Positions 61,801-64,000 of a stretch of 64,000 nt of DNA are shown one piece after another. The translations under genes were made by a program, and so were the position numbers. The notes below the pieces were generated by a model that saw only the letters and a list, made by a program, of their open reading frames with translations, had not been told where the DNA came from and made no database searches. The stretch is from Hypanus sabinus. Its lineage: Eukaryota. The stretch is taken from NCBI RefSeq assembly GCF_030144855.1, contig NW_026781620.1, forward strand, positions 1 to 64,000, in the 5' to 3' direction. The stretch's first letter is position 1; the number at the start of each line of letters is the position of its first letter.

Positions 61801-64000
61801 CAATTCGTTTCAAAGCGCCCAATGCAGTGGAGCTGATCGACATGTCGGCTTAAGGAGAAGCTGCAAGAAACATGCGAAACCAATCTGTCTGAATGTGGAA
61901 AAATGCCATGGATATCATGGCGTTGTCTTACAGCCACACACTTGTCTGTTGAAATCTGTGGTTTGTGTTCCAGCTACTGTCTGGAGGTCTTTACATACTT
62001 CCCATGAGGGTGGTTTTACACTTTCAGCTTCTTAACGCAACCCAAAATGATTCCATTGCTTACGATCCTTTGCCATATATTTCGACTGAGCTGATGCCAT
62101 TCTTTAACTGCAGAGCCACGCTACCCTCTCTGCCGATCTTCCTATCCTTCCGATACAACATGTAGCCTTGTATATTCAGTTCGGAAATGCGATCACATTT
62201 CAGCCACGATCCAGCGATAGTCACCGCATCCTAAAATCCGTCATCTGTAACGGTGCAACAAGATCAGCCTTTTAATGTTTCAATCTGGAGCTGCAGATCA
62301 GTGACATTCATCAGTGATCAGTGACTCTTTACAGCAGAATGAGGGATAAATGTTCAGTTGCAGGTGGCATGTGTCTGTGTGAACGATAAGAGAGGAAAGA
62401 AGAGGAGTAAAGTGCAGAACACTCATTGGTCGTTCCCATCAATAACAGGTGTTACGACTTGAATATTGTTGGCGGTGTACCGACCACGGGAATACCGCGG
62501 CGAGCTGGTCAGCGGCGCTGAGTCCAACGCTGTGACTCAGAATACAAGGGAGAGGAGATGAGTTACAGAGGATTGAGCCTTGGCAAACACCTAGATGGTT
62601 GAGAAAAATGCCAGAATATGCCCCAACGGGATACTGACCCAATGTAGAGTTCACTGAAATGTCTCAATCCTTTGTCACAATACTTTCGTATCCGACAACG
62701 GTAACCTTCACCTGTTGCATATGCTTCGAAACATTCAGCTTCTCGAACATTGTCTTGTCTTGCTTCATACTCAGCTTCATCTTCTAAAAAAAACAAAAAA
62801 CTGAGGTCGGCATTGTAGGATATCCAAAGGCCATGTACGTTCCTGAATGAACGTTAAGATTCTTAATGAACGTTCCCCAGTTTCTGCCCAATGCATTTCC
62901 ATTCCGCATTCGGCCGATTGAGCGCTGTCCCGTAAAGACCATACTGATCATAAACTACAGCGACCTTAACACTTCTGCGATTAAGGGCATTGTTCACAAA
63001 TAGTCCCCAGCGAATTATTGATAATTCGCTCGGTACAACTACATATATTTTTTTCTTATCGGGACTTGAGTGCGGAAGAAATGCAACAATTGAAAGCTAA
63101 TGTTCTTTATTTATGACCATAAGGTGAGATTGGGGTCTATGTAATGGCCTATGAAATTAACGGGTTCTTTGCAAATGTGTTTCCAGTGCAAGCACTTTCA
63201 CTGTGTTAGGGTCCTGAAAGAGTCAGGGACCTGAATTGTTATTACAAATGAAAAAATGCTCAGCAAACACAAAGATATTAAGACGGAAAAATCTCCTGGG
63301 ATAGATGTCACTGAGACCTCAGAGAGGATGCTGAAGAGATAATGGACATATTGGTAATGTTCATTACAGAATCACTTCATTTTGGTACGTCTCGGAGGAC
63401 TGGAGAAGATTAAAAAATATTACTCCACTCTTTACGAAGTTATGAAGGCGAATGTTTGGAAATTTTAGGCCAGTTAGCTTAATTAAACTGGGAAAATATT
63501 GAAGTCCATTATTAAGGGTGAGTGTGCGTAGTGCTTGGAGACTAATAATTAAATAAGTCTAAGTCAGCAGTGTTTCTCTGAATGGACATCTAGCCTGATC
63601 AATCTGTTCGAATTCTTCGAGGAAGTGGCAAGTGGTTTAAATGTGAGGCAGTTGTGCCATTTCCTTGGGTTTTCTGAAGGTATTTGATAAGGTGCCACAC
63701 ATGAGGCTGTTTAACAAAATAAAATCCAATGGCATTAGCTTAAAAATACTGGCATGAGTAGAGTAATGTCTGACAGGCAGGATGCAAAGTTTGTGAATAA
63801 AAGAGGTCTTTTGTGGTTGGCTGCCGGTGACTAGAGGTGTTCTTAGGGTCAGTATTGGGACATCCAGCTTTCACCGTTTTTGTGCATGTTTTGGATAATG
63901 GAATTAAATGCTTTGCGGCAAAGCTTTGACAGAAGATATGGAGATAAGTGAGGTCGGGTAGGTAGAGCTGAGAAACCAATGAGAATGCAGCAAGACTTAG
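55846..64000 (+). repeat. Recent segmental duplication, copy 2 (runs off the window)
   Basis: Matches 39649-47792; includes module copy d at 59108-60190 and a private 25-bp tandem duplication near 58420-58470. Confidence 0.95.

Noticed and set aside
1-64000. CRISPR arrays, rRNA or tRNA genes, prokaryotic operons, third GPCR remnant
   Set aside because: None seen; the sequence is intron-containing vertebrate DNA and I found no 7TM remnant between 22 and 29 kb

Overview
Vertebrate genomic DNA, very probably a cartilaginous fish (likely a ray; inferred from the CR1 families, their (CATATAAC)n-type tails and the gene content). Two N gaps (20629-20938, 26535-26777). Most of the window is decayed CR1 LINE sequence. 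Non-repeat content: (1) A T-cell receptor V segment on the minus strand that the ORF track does not show: leader exon 2136-2172, V exon 1507-1801 ending YFCAWSL, and a 23-bp-spacer recombination signal at 1468-1506. It is most like TCR-beta V and carries a 1-nt frameshift. (2) Two two-exon, apparently intact GPR139/GPR142-like class A GPCR genes on the minus strand (365 and 368 aa, about 70% identical by hand count, most divergent on extracellular surfaces). They sit in a segmental duplication that also copied flanking TEs, the intron and the upstream block. (3) An unexplained non-coding module present in four copies. (4) A decayed HERO-clade RLE non-LTR retrotransposon whose 3' UTR holds hammerhead-like motifs in a non-canonical order. 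(5) A solo-LTR-like repeat in three copies. (6) A young near-full-length CR1 nested in an older one. (7) A recent tandem duplication with a period of about 16.2 kb, starting at 39649 and 55846. All alignments were made by eye; TE boundaries are approximate and family names need database confirmation.
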